A stretch of 40,659 bases of DNA from Polyangiales bacterium. GTDB taxonomy: Bacteria; Myxococcota_A; Polyangia; Polyangiales; Polyangiaceae. The stretch spans positions 1 to 40,659 of the forward strand of contig JBBRNJ010000078.1 in NCBI GenBank assembly GCA_038230375.1, read 5' to 3'. The notes under the pieces are model-generated. The model worked only from the letters and a program-made list of their open reading frames with translations. It had not been told where the DNA came from and ran no database searches. How positions within the stretch are numbered: the first letter of the stretch is position 1; each line of letters begins with the position of its first letter. Shown in pieces: positions 8,964 through 17,830 of this stretch. The position numbers were made by a program, and so were the translations under genes.

Positions 8964-10492
8964 CACTGCACCTCGATGGTGACGTCCTGCGAACCGGCGA
9001 GGTTCTGAGGATCGTAGGCGGTGATGCGCAATCCACGTGAGCCCTTCACGGCTACGGTGCTGATGGGTACGTCGAGCCCCCACGAGGTCCCGCCCAGCGA
9101 GGAGAGCGGATACTGCGTGGAGCCGCTTGGTGCCATCCACGTGAGCCACACCTGGCTGACGCTGGTCTTCGCGGTGGCGTTCACGCGCAGCGCGACAGTC
9201 TCGCCGGGCGCGTACGTGTCTCCTGCGGTGGGCGACGAGATCGTCACCACGGGCATCGCGGAGCCGTCCGTCAGCGTGAGTGTGCGCCGCGCAGAGGTCG
9301 TCGATGTGCCGCCGCCGTCCATCGCGCGAACGGACCATGCGCGTGCGCCGGTGCCGGCAGTGAACGCGAACGTGTAGGCGCCGCTGCTCCTGGTGCACGT
9401 GGTGCCGGCGGGTGGGGCGTCGCAGTCCACCTCCACCGTGCCGCTGGGCATCTCCCACTCCAGGTACACCTTGGAGGGTCTGCCGCCGGTGACCGTGGCA
9501 GACAACGAGAGCGGCGCGTTGCCCATCACGCTCGCGCCATCCGCCGGCGTGCCGAGCACCACGGCGAGCTGCGTGGTTGTGGTCCCGCCGCCAGCATCCA
9601 TGGCCATGCTACCGGCGTCCATGACGCCCATCCCCTGGTTTTTCCCGAGCGCAGTGAACAGGTGCTGGACGCTGTCCTGCGAGCCGCCGCAGTTGCAGGC
9701 GCGCGCGGTGTACTCGCCACACGCCACGGTCTGGTCGATGAAGTGCTTCGGCCATGCGCAGTCGAACAGGTAGCTCATGAGGTCTGGGCAGTAGAGCTCG
9801 TGGTCCAGACCGAACGCGTGACCGGCCTCGTGCGTCACGACGCGCGCCTGGTCGTCGGGGCCTTGGAGCAGCTGGTCGAACGCGAAGACGACGGCGCGCT
9901 CGATGACCGAGCAGTCCCCGGTGAGCGGCGAGATCCCCGCGGCGGAGGACGGCTGTCCGATCATGCTCGGGTGGCCGCTGACCACGACCTCCACGTGCGG
10001 TGCGGCACCCGGATCCTGATCGGTGACCACCACGTTGAACGGCGCGTAGGTCTGCCGCGTCAGGTCCATCAGCTGCTGCCAGTCAGAGGCAGTCCGCGAG
10101 TAAGCGGGCATCGTCACGGCCTGCGAGACGAGCGTCGAGCGGTTCGCGCTGGAGTTGTCGATGCCGTTGCCCGGGTAGTACGTGCCGCCGTTCTTGTTCA
10201 GGAAGATGACGCGAGGTCCCGCCAGTGGCGCCGCTGCGAAGCCTTGCTCCGCGCCGCCTGAGGACGACTGCGAGCCCACGCGCACGACGACACAGCCCGC
10301 AGGCTGCCCCTGTGCCGCCACGGGCGGGTCCGCGCTCTGCGCTTGCGGCGCGGGCCCCGTCACGCCTGCATCGTGACCGGCCTTTGGCGAAGTCACCACG
10401 AACGAGTCCGAATCGGACGACTGTGTCGAACAACCAACCGCGATGCCAGCCGCCGAAAGCAACACCACACAACCAACGATGAGCGAGCGCAT
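8963..10492 (-). CDS. Metzincin-type Zn metalloprotease lipoprotein with two C-terminal Ig-like domains
   Basis: Lipobox IAVGC, HEAGHAFGLDH plus Met-turn DLMSY, and two beta-rich repeats starting V.(L/I).(S/T)P..G. Confidence 0.85.
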   Translation of the reverse strand: MRSLIVGCVVLLSAAGIAVGCSTQSSDSDSFVVTSPKAGHDAGVTGPAPQAQSADPPVAAQGQPAGCVVVRVGSQSSSGGAEQGFAAAPLAGPRVIFLNKNGGTYYPGNGIDNSSANRSTLVSQAVTMPAYSRTASDWQQLMDLTRQTYAPFNVVVTDQDPGAAPHVEVVVSGHPSMIGQPSSAAGISPLTGDCSVIERAVVFAFDQLLQGPDDQARVVTHEAGHAFGLDHELYCPDLMSYLFDCAWPKHFIDQTVACGEYTARACNCGGSQDSVQHLFTALGKNQGMGVMDAGSMAMDAGGGTTTTQLAVVLGTPADGASVMGNAPLSLSATVTGGRPSKVYLEWEMPSGTVEVDCDAPPAGTTCTRSSGAYTFAFTAGTGARAWSVRAMDGGGTSTTSARRTLTLTDGSAMPVVTISSPTAGDTYAPGETVALRVNATAKTSVSQVWLTWMAPSGSTQYPLSSLGGTSWGLDVPISTVAVKGSRGLRITAYDPQNLAGSQDVTIEVQ

Positions 10493-10575
10493 ACGATCCT
10501 TCTCGCGTCCCCGACCTCTTCCCGGAAGTCGCGTGGCCCCGTCGCAACGAGCATGCCGAGGCTGGAGGAAAAGAC

Positions 10576-10598
10576 ACTATTGAATCAATTTCAATAGT
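10576..10598. promoter_or_regulatory. AT-rich perfect palindrome ACTATTGAA-N5-TTCAATAGT, candidate operator
   Basis: Perfect 9-5-9 inverted repeat in an AT-rich patch about 85 bp upstream of the metalloprotease start. Confidence 0.55.
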
Positions 10599-10689
10599 TC
10601 AAAGAGGCTTGTTTTTCCGTGCGCGGAAAGATCCAGCCGAACGTGGTCCAGCGAGGAACCACGGAGTGGATCGAAGGGGAGGGCGCGAG

Positions 10690-10829
10690 ACGACGACGAC
10701 TTCGACCTCGACGACGACAAGGACAACGACTTCGACTTCGACTCCGACTCCGACGTCGACTCCGACTCCGACGCGATCGAGATCTACGCGGCGCCCTCCG
10801 ACAACGACAACGATGACGATGACGACGAC
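10690..10829. repeat. Intergenic degenerate hexamer/trimer array (CGACTY/CGACGA/CAACGA)
   Basis: Directly visible low-complexity tandem array with the same unit as the coding TS linkers elsewhere in the window. Confidence 0.75.
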
Positions 10830-11021
10830 TGTTGGCAACCTTGCCAACAACGGGATCGGGGCCTGGCTGCCCGCTGGGCGTGGGGGCGAGGCTCACGCGC
10901 TGGTTCAGATACGCCGCGGATAGAGGCCCCCCCCGCGGCGGGTTCTTCGCGTGAGCGCCAGGCGCCGTGGCGCGTCAGCGCGAACGAGCGCGTGCGTGCG
11001 CTGTTGGCAAGGTCGCCAATA
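10830..11021. repeat. Nested inverted-repeat element (REP/MITE-like or structured RNA)
   Basis: Terminal 20-mers TGTTGGCAACCTTGCCAACA (10830-10849) and TGTTGGCAAGGTCGCCAATA (11002-11021) are reverse complements with 2 mismatches. Internal stems pair 10861-67/10957-63, 10891-99/10948-56 and 10912-19/10933-40. Confidence 0.6.
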
Positions 11022-11047
11022 AGACCAGCAGCCCCAAGAAGCGTTGG

Positions 11048-11407
11048 CTAGCCGACCACGTCTTCGAACAGGCTCGGCGGCACCGCGCGCACCAGTCGCC
11101 GCATGAGCGAGGGGTCCGCGATTCGCTTCTCCAGCCGGTGGACCAGCTTCGAGAGGGGTGACTTCTCCTTGCAGCGCACGCAGAACATGTCGCGCTCGGA
11201 GTCGAACTCCAGCTCGCCCGCCCAGTCCGGATCGCCCTTTTCCGCCAGGAACTGCAGAACGGCTTCCACGGTGTACCCGTTCACCTTGCGGCGCGCCTTC
11301 CGGAGCGCCGAGGACAGGGCCGCGATCGCGTCGGGCTCGAACGTGATTCCGTAGCCGCCGGGTGCAGCGGACTTCGTGATCTCGAGGGGATTCTTCTCTT
11401 CGCTCAT
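11048..11407 (-). CDS. Imm51-like immunity protein
   Basis: NGY and LEFDSERDMFC resemble the Imm51 NGY...FDxExxMFC signature. 119 aa. Confidence 0.55.
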   Translation of the reverse strand: MSEEKNPLEITKSAAPGGYGITFEPDAIAALSSALRKARRKVNGYTVEAVLQFLAEKGDPDWAGELEFDSERDMFCVRCKEKSPLSKLVHRLEKRIADPSLMRRLVRAVPPSLFEDVVG

Positions 11408-11527
11408 GGGCAACGTCAAACGGTTGACGCCACCCTAGCAGCGCCTGGGGTAAAAGGCCTCATTCCCGGCGTTCGGGCAGGTGCGTTGACCCTTGGCGGT
11501 GCCTCGCGACGCTTCTATCCTCGGCGG

Positions 11528-12913
11528 ATGCGCGTCCTCATCGCCGACGACGAACCGGGCCTCCTACGGGTGCTCTCGCGCTGTTTGTCGAACTGGGGCT
11601 ACGAAGCCGTCGTCGCCAAGGACGGCCTGGAAGCCTGGCGAATCCTCAGTGACGTCGATCCTCCTCGCGTCGTCATTCTCGACTGGGACATGCCTGGCCT
11701 CAACGGCGTGAAGGTCTGCCGGATGCTGCGCGAGAGCGAGGGCGGCGACCAGTCGTATGTGATGCTCCTCACCGCACGTCAGGCTCACACCGATCTCGTG
11801 GAGGCGCTCGAGGCGGGCGCGGACGACTTCATCTCCAAGCCGTTCGAGCTCCGCGAGCTCCAGCTCCGCATCGCAAAGGGCGTCTCCACGCGCGAGCGCC
11901 GCAACACCGACCGCATGCCGCCGCTCTCGCAGGGCTCGGGGGCGCTGCCGGCGGGCTTCACGCTGGGCGGGAAGTTCAGGCTGGAAAAGAAGATCGCGGA
12001 AGGTGGGATGGCCACCGTCTGGCAGGCGCTCCACCTCTCGCTCGGGATCAACGTGGCCGTGAAGTTCATGAAGCCGGAGTTCACCAAGAACGCCGACTAC
12101 ACGAGCTTCGAACGCGAGGCCCGCGCCGCCGCGCAGCTCCGCGATCCGCACACCGTGCGCGTATACGACCACGGGCTCACGCAGGACGGCTCGCCCTACC
12201 TCGTCATGGAGTTCCTCGCGGGCGAGGCGCTGTGGGATCGTGTCGAGCGCGACGGCCCGCTCACGCCCGAGGCGACCATCCTGCTCGTATCGCAGGTGGC
12301 CTCTGCCCTGGACGAGGCGCACACGCGCGGGATCATCCACCGCGACGTGAAGCCAGAGAACATCGTCCTGACCGACGATCCGTCTGGCAGTGGGCCCTTC
12401 CAGGCCAAGCTCGTGGACTTTGGTCTTGCGCACCCGAACTGGCAGGAGAGCGCGGGCGTGAGCGTGGCCGGAACGCCCATGTACATGACCCCCGAGCATC
12501 TCTGCGGAGAGCAGCCGCCGAGCCCCGCGCTCGACATCTGGGGCCTTGCGGTGACGGCGTACATGGCCATGACGGGCGCGCGCGCGTACGCGGGCACGTC
12601 GATCTCCGAGATCGTGAAGGCGATATGTGCGCCGCCCCCCGTACCGTCGCAGGTGCAGCCGCGGATCCCCAAAGGCGTGGATGCATGGTTCGCCCGTGCG
12701 TGTGCGAACGAGCCCGCCGATCGTTTTCCCACCGCGCTGGCACTCGCCTCAGGCTTCGCGGATGCATGGCGCGACGACAGCATGCGGCCCGAGCGCCATC
12801 GCAACGTGAAGGCCGTTGGCACCATGGCCCCGACCGAGCCTGACTCCTCCCGTCCCGCTGCCGCGGCAGGCCCCGGGAAGCGAGAACAGCGCCCACCGCG
12901 GGTCGAGCGATAG
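11528..12913 (+). CDS. Response-regulator receiver fused to a Hanks-type Ser/Thr kinase
   Basis: Receiver motifs LIADD, LDWDMP, LLTA and ADDFISKP. Kinase motifs EGGMATV, VAVK, HRDVKPEN, DFG and GTPMYMTPE. Confidence 0.9.
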   Translation: MRVLIADDEPGLLRVLSRCLSNWGYEAVVAKDGLEAWRILSDVDPPRVVILDWDMPGLNGVKVCRMLRESEGGDQSYVMLLTARQAHTDLVEALEAGADDFISKPFELRELQLRIAKGVSTRERRNTDRMPPLSQGSGALPAGFTLGGKFRLEKKIAEGGMATVWQALHLSLGINVAVKFMKPEFTKNADYTSFEREARAAAQLRDPHTVRVYDHGLTQDGSPYLVMEFLAGEALWDRVERDGPLTPEATILLVSQVASALDEAHTRGIIHRDVKPENIVLTDDPSGSGPFQAKLVDFGLAHPNWQESAGVSVAGTPMYMTPEHLCGEQPPSPALDIWGLAVTAYMAMTGARAYAGTSISEIVKAICAPPPVPSQVQPRIPKGVDAWFARACANEPADRFPTALALASGFADAWRDDSMRPERHRNVKAVGTMAPTEPDSSRPAAAAGPGKREQRPPRVER

Positions 12914-13590
12914 TGCAGGACCTCCCCCGACCCGACGGGGTTTCCGCGCCGTCGCGGCTGGTGGTGAACGCGGATGCCTTCGCGTGGATGGCGACGAACC
13001 CAGCGCCCCAGGGCGCGGCCGTGATCACATCGCTCCCGGACGTGTCCGAGCTGCCGCTGCCTTTTCCGGCGTGGAGGCTCTGGTTCATGGAGGCCGCGCG
13101 CGCCGTGATCGCCTGGACCCCTGCAGAGTCGATCGCTGTCTTCTACCAGAGTGACATCAAGCGTGACGGCGTCTGGGTGGACAAGGGCTACCTGGTTTTG
13201 CGCGCAGCAGAGGACCTCGCCGCGCGGGTGCTCTTCCACAAGATCGTCTGTCGCAAGCCGCCCGGCACCATCGCCCTCGGCCGCCCTTCCTACTCGCACA
13301 TGATCGGGATCACGCGCGGCGCTCCTCAGCAGACGGACTCCCCCGGCCCGGACGTGCTGCCCGACGCGGGGCACATGCAGTGGAGCCGCGCCATGGGAGA
13401 GACGGCATGCAAGGTCGCCTGCAACTACGTCGCGCGAGCAGCGGGCGCGCACACCATCGTCGACCCGTTCTGCGGGCGCGGTACCGTGCTGGCGGTCGCC
13501 AACCAGCTCGGTCTTCGAGCCATCGGCGTTGATCTCAGCGCCAAGCGGTGCAAGGAAGCATTGCGAGCTGATACATTGCGCCGGGCATGA
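12913..13590 (+). CDS. SAM-dependent methyltransferase, N4/N6 DNA-methylase-like fold
   Basis: VITSLPD near the N-terminus and IVDPFCGRGT...AIGVD near the C-terminus (beta-class motif order). Confidence 0.65.
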   Translation: MQDLPRPDGVSAPSRLVVNADAFAWMATNPAPQGAAVITSLPDVSELPLPFPAWRLWFMEAARAVIAWTPAESIAVFYQSDIKRDGVWVDKGYLVLRAAEDLAARVLFHKIVCRKPPGTIALGRPSYSHMIGITRGAPQQTDSPGPDVLPDAGHMQWSRAMGETACKVACNYVARAAGAHTIVDPFCGRGTVLAVANQLGLRAIGVDLSAKRCKEALRADTLRRA

Positions 13591-15185
13591 CACCGCGACG
13601 CATCTTCGTGATCGGCTCCGTGGTCACCCTCGCGCTCTCCGCGACGCTGGGGTGGTACCGGCCGGGCATGTGGTTCGTGTTTGCGATCGTGCTCGTCGTC
13701 GTGCTGCTCGGTGTCTACGACTGGTTCCAGGTCAAGCACACGATCCGGCGGAATTTCCCGGTCGTCGGACGTTTCCGCTACATGCTCGAGCTCGTCCGCC
13801 CCGAGCTCCATCAGTACTTCGTGGAGACCAACATGTCGGGGCGACCGTTCTCGCGCGAGCTTCGGTCGCTCGTCTACCGCCGCGCCAAGAACGAGAACGA
13901 CACGATACCGTTCGGCACGGAGCGCAACGTCTACGAGGTCGGCTACGAGTGGATGAATCACTCCCTGGCGGCGCACGAGCCTTCGCACGATCCGCCGCGC
14001 GTTACGATCGGCGGGCCCGACTGCAAGCAGCCGTACGAGGCGGCCGTTCTCAACGTGTCGGCCATGAGCTACGGGGCGCTGAGCAAGAACGCGATCCTCG
14101 CGCTGAACAAGGGCGCGAAGATGGGCGGCTTCCTCCACAACACCGGCGAAGGCGGGCTCACGCCGTACCACATGGAGGGCGGGGGTGACGTCACCTGGCA
14201 GATCGGGACCGGTTACTTCGGCTGTCGCGACAAGGACGGTGGCTTCGATCCGGAGAGCTACAAGGACAAGGCGCAGCTCCCGAACGTGAAGATGATCGAG
14301 CTGAAGCTTTCACAAGGTGCAAAGCCCGGACATGGCGGCATGCTGCCTGCGCGCAAGGTCACCGCCGAGATCGCGAAGATCCGGAACGTCCCCGTTGGCA
14401 AGGACGTCCTCTCGCCTCCCGCCCACTCGGCATTCAAGACGCCGCTGGAGCTCTGCGCGCTGATCGGCAAGCTCAGGGACCTGTCGGGCGGAAAGCCGGT
14501 GGGCTTCAAGCTGTGCGTCGGGAAGCGCCGTGAGCTCTTCGCGCTTTGCAAGGCGATGCTCGAGACACAGATCCTCCCGGACTTCATCACGGTGGACGGC
14601 GGCGAGGGCGGAACTGGCGCTGCGCCGCTGGAGTTCTCGAACGTGCTCGGCACGCCGCTGAACGAGGGGCTCATTCTCGTGCACAACGCGCTTGTTGGCA
14701 TCGGCGTGCGGGACAAGGTGAAGGTGATCGCCAGCGGTCGCGTGGTCACGGGCTTCGACATCGCCCAGAAGATCGCCATCGGCGCGGACCTCACCAACAG
14801 CGCACGCGCCATGATGTTTGCGCTCGGCTGCATCCAGGCGCAGAAGTGCAACACGAACGACTGCCCCACCGGTGTCGCCACGCAGAATCCTGATCTCGTT
14901 GCAGGGCTCGTGGTGGACGACAAGGCAGCGCGCGTTCGCAGCTTCCAGAAGAACACCGTGCGCGCCTTCCAGGAGCTGCTCGCGGCATCGGGCATGAAGC
15001 ATCCGAGCGAGCTCCGCCCATGGCACATCCTGCGGCGCGTGAGCCCGACCGAGGTGAAGCACTACGGGGAGATGTACGAGTACATCGAGGCGAACGAGCT
15101 GCTCTCGGAGCCACTGCCGAAGAGCTATGTGCGTGCATGGCGCGCGGCAAGGCCCGACTCCTTCGCCTCCGCGGTGACGGATTGA
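13587..15185 (+). CDS. FMN-binding glutamate synthase family protein (stand-alone FMN domain with N-terminal TM)
   Basis: SAMSYGALS, NTGEGG, WQIGTGYFG, IELKLSQGAKPGHGG, DGGEGGTGAAP and GCIQAQKCNTNDCPTGVATQ. Confidence 0.92.
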   Translation: MTPRRIFVIGSVVTLALSATLGWYRPGMWFVFAIVLVVVLLGVYDWFQVKHTIRRNFPVVGRFRYMLELVRPELHQYFVETNMSGRPFSRELRSLVYRRAKNENDTIPFGTERNVYEVGYEWMNHSLAAHEPSHDPPRVTIGGPDCKQPYEAAVLNVSAMSYGALSKNAILALNKGAKMGGFLHNTGEGGLTPYHMEGGGDVTWQIGTGYFGCRDKDGGFDPESYKDKAQLPNVKMIELKLSQGAKPGHGGMLPARKVTAEIAKIRNVPVGKDVLSPPAHSAFKTPLELCALIGKLRDLSGGKPVGFKLCVGKRRELFALCKAMLETQILPDFITVDGGEGGTGAAPLEFSNVLGTPLNEGLILVHNALVGIGVRDKVKVIASGRVVTGFDIAQKIAIGADLTNSARAMMFALGCIQAQKCNTNDCPTGVATQNPDLVAGLVVDDKAARVRSFQKNTVRAFQELLAASGMKHPSELRPWHILRRVSPTEVKHYGEMYEYIEANELLSEPLPKSYVRAWRAARPDSFASAVTD

Positions 15186-16942
15186 TCGCCGCCGTGGGCC
15201 CGCCCTACAGGGAGCCCGGCAAGGCCACTGGCCTTCCATTTCCGCGCAACGGAGCGCGCGCGTTCGACACGGTGATCGGCCTTCTGGCGCTCGCTGCGGT
15301 CTGTGCACCGCTCGTACTCGTGGGTGATGCCATCGGTGTGCTGAACGCGATCAGGCTCGGCGGAGCCGGCATGTGGCCGCTCGTGTTGTCGGCCGTTGCG
15401 TCGGCGTGCGTGGTCCTCGCGCTCGGTGTGCTGCTGGTCCGCGGCCGAAAGCTGCCCGTGGCTGCGGTCGTGGGAGCGGCGCTCGTGCCGATCCTCGTGG
15501 CACTCATCGGGGAGATCGTGGTCCATCGTCAGGTCGCAGCGGCGCTCGTCGGCGAATCGATCGAGCCGGGCACGCGTCTCCGCATCGCGTTCGAAGGCAT
15601 GGCCGAGGAGACGAACGCGCCGCTCTACGCCGCGATTGCGTGTTCACTACTGCTCCTGTCGGCGGCGAACGGCGCTGCAGGCGTTGCGGGCACCGTTGAC
15701 CACGCGCGGCTCTCGTTTCGCTCGGGCCCGCTCTGGCTTCTGTCGCTGGCGTTCTCCATCACGTGGATGGGGCTGGGGCTCGCGTGGGTGATCTCCACAA
15801 AAGCCATGTCGGGAGGCCTGGCGATCGTCGTGGTCGGTCTGGTCGCTCAGATTGTCGTGACGTTGCTCGCGGTCGTCGTCACGCGCGCCTCGGTGAGTCT
15901 TCCGGGCTGGCACGACGCAGACGAGGCGCGGCACATTGCTGGGGCGATCGTGTGTGCGGCGCTCGCCTCGTCGCTCTGCATGGTGCTCGTCGACCGCGCC
16001 GTGCTGTTGTTCGTCGAGCGCCAGATGTGGTCTGCCGTCTCGGACGCTGGCGTGGATGCGAGCCAGCGGGCGCGGCTGCTCCACGAGTGGGTCGTCGCGC
16101 AGCGCACATTTTCCAGGGTGACGCTCGTGCACGGCATAGGCACCCTTTGCTCCTTCGCGCCTGCCATCATTCGCGCGCACGGTCGCGGCACATCCGCCGT
16201 CAGCCGTAGCGCCGTGGTTGCGTTCGGGCTCTTCGTTGCGACCGTGGTCGCGTTCTATGGCGTCACGTCGCAGCGCGCGGAGCTCCTGCGGCAGTGCGGC
16301 ATGCTCGCGCGCATCGACACGGTCTTCAATGGCAACCTGCCCGTGGTTCACGACGGAACGAGTCTGCCGCTCGCCACGCGCAATCCGCGGGTGCTGCATC
16401 TTCGCGGTCTGCGGTCGACCCCGACAACCGACAGCGTCAACACGGTGGCGACCGAAGGAGACACGTCGCTCGGGGCGGTTGTGCTGGATCTCGACTTCAC
16501 CGCGTATTTCGGTGAGGCGCGCGAGCTGACCCTCGAGATCGTCGTCCGCTCCGAGCTGCCTCTGGTCCAGCGCGCGCTCGACCCGGAGATCGCAGTGCTG
16601 GTGCCAACAGGTCCACCCGTTGTCGCGGTGCGCCTGATGATAGCCACGTCCAAGGATTTCCTGCCGCGCGTGGAGCTACGCCGTGATGATGTCCTCGTCA
16701 CGCCCGCCACGGGCGCGCCCCATCGGATCTTGCGGGGCGCATCGCGGACCGAGCAGCTCCGCGCCGGCGTGGACGCCACGCCCTCTTCGCCGGAGATCCA
16801 CATTGTCGCGCAGCACACGACCACGCTCCAGGAGCTGGTCTCCGTGGTCGTGGCCTTCGACCGAGGGTGGGAGCGCGTCGTGGTCCATCTCCCCCAGCCG
16901 GAGTCGCCAGCGGGCGATGGTCAGCTCCTACCCAAGCCGTAG
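15182..16942 (+). CDS. Multi-pass membrane protein with weak ExbB/TolQ-like segments and an ExbD-like tail
   Basis: Start inferred at a TTG overlapping the upstream stop. Many TM helices, GGAGMWPL, and C-terminal IHIVAQHTTTLQELVSVV. Confidence 0.55.
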   Translation: MIAAVGPPYREPGKATGLPFPRNGARAFDTVIGLLALAAVCAPLVLVGDAIGVLNAIRLGGAGMWPLVLSAVASACVVLALGVLLVRGRKLPVAAVVGAALVPILVALIGEIVVHRQVAAALVGESIEPGTRLRIAFEGMAEETNAPLYAAIACSLLLLSAANGAAGVAGTVDHARLSFRSGPLWLLSLAFSITWMGLGLAWVISTKAMSGGLAIVVVGLVAQIVVTLLAVVVTRASVSLPGWHDADEARHIAGAIVCAALASSLCMVLVDRAVLLFVERQMWSAVSDAGVDASQRARLLHEWVVAQRTFSRVTLVHGIGTLCSFAPAIIRAHGRGTSAVSRSAVVAFGLFVATVVAFYGVTSQRAELLRQCGMLARIDTVFNGNLPVVHDGTSLPLATRNPRVLHLRGLRSTPTTDSVNTVATEGDTSLGAVVLDLDFTAYFGEARELTLEIVVRSELPLVQRALDPEIAVLVPTGPPVVAVRLMIATSKDFLPRVELRRDDVLVTPATGAPHRILRGASRTEQLRAGVDATPSSPEIHIVAQHTTTLQELVSVVVAFDRGWERVVVHLPQPESPAGDGQLLPKP

Positions 16943-17374
16943 CTCGTAGATGCGATCCTCACCTACGCCGCGCGACTCCGGGTCGGGCCCGCGCGTGAAG
17001 CCCATGCGCTCGTACAGGCGGACGGCATCCGTGAACACCGTTCGCGTCCGCAATCCAACGCGGGCGTAGCCCCGCTCCTTTGCGCTCTCGATCGCACGCG
17101 TGAGAAGGGCATGCCCAGCGCCAACGCCGCGCGCATCCGCCGCCACGAACAGCTTGCTCACCCAACCCCCGTCGTCGTGTGGTTCCAGTGCGACCAGGCC
17201 CACCACGCTCCCGTCGTGCTCGTACACCCAGTCGTCGTGGGTACTGCGCGCGCCAAACGTGTAGATGTCCGCGTCCGTGCCGCGTGGGTCCGGCTCGATC
17301 CCGAACGAGCGGAGGGAGGCAAACACTATGTCGCACGCCGCCGGCACGTCGTTCGGCGTGGCGCGGCGAATCAT
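16928..17374 (-). CDS. GNAT-family acetyltransferase
   Basis: MIRRAT start coupled to the upstream stop, LFVAADARGVGAG (motif A) and AVRLYERMGF. Confidence 0.85.
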   Translation of the reverse strand: MIRRATPNDVPAACDIVFASLRSFGIEPDPRGTDADIYTFGARSTHDDWVYEHDGSVVGLVALEPHDDGGWVSKLFVAADARGVGAGHALLTRAIESAKERGYARVGLRTRTVFTDAVRLYERMGFTRGPDPESRGVGEDRIYELRLG

Positions 17375-17685
17375 CAGCCCGGTCGCGCTGCGCTCTCGCC
17401 GCCATTGATGCGTTCGAGCTCGTCCTGTGCGATCTCCAGGTGCTGCGCGCGCTCGTTCCGATGGACGAAGTTGAAGTAGTAACCAAGGCCGAATATCACG
17501 ATGAAGAACGCGAAGAGGCCGCCGCCGATCAGCGGCTTGTAGAACGCCGCGAGCGGACTGAGCGCGGCAGCGACCAGCAGATAGAGCAAGTGCTTGCGCT
17601 CCTTCTCGAGGTCGGCGCACATCTCGGTGAGGTTCTTCACCTCCTCCTCGTACTTCTTGCGAAGCTCCTCGCTGCGGCTCGACAT
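17374..17685 (-). CDS. Small two-TM membrane protein with charged helical flanks
   Basis: MSSRSEELRKKYEEE, two hydrophobic segments, and translational coupling to the GNAT gene. Confidence 0.65.
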   Translation of the reverse strand: MSSRSEELRKKYEEEVKNLTEMCADLEKERKHLLYLLVAAALSPLAAFYKPLIGGGLFAFFIVIFGLGYYFNFVHRNERAQHLEIAQDELERINGGESAARPG

Positions 17686-17830
17686 GGCGCTCACGAGCCG
17701 TTTTAGGGTCCGGCTGTGCTCCTGTAAAGGGACTCGCACGCGCGACGGGCAGGTGCGCCAGGACTTGCTATGATCGATATTGGCGTCCGCACGCGGTCGC
17801 TCCTTCTTCCTCCGCAACTTCCACGGGTTC

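Noticed and set aside
10576..10598. Assigning the palindrome as a Fur box
   Set aside because: The spacing does not clearly match Fur consensus sites I know, and there are no iron-uptake genes adjacent.
10591..10923. Short ORFs across the intergenic repeat (VEVEV, TSTST and RLRLR frames)
   Set aside because: These are open only because the hexamer repeat lacks stop codons. No credible start context or domain.
10690..11021. CRISPR array
   Set aside because: Only two palindromic 20-mers plus low-complexity repeats. There is no repeat-spacer periodicity and no cas gene.
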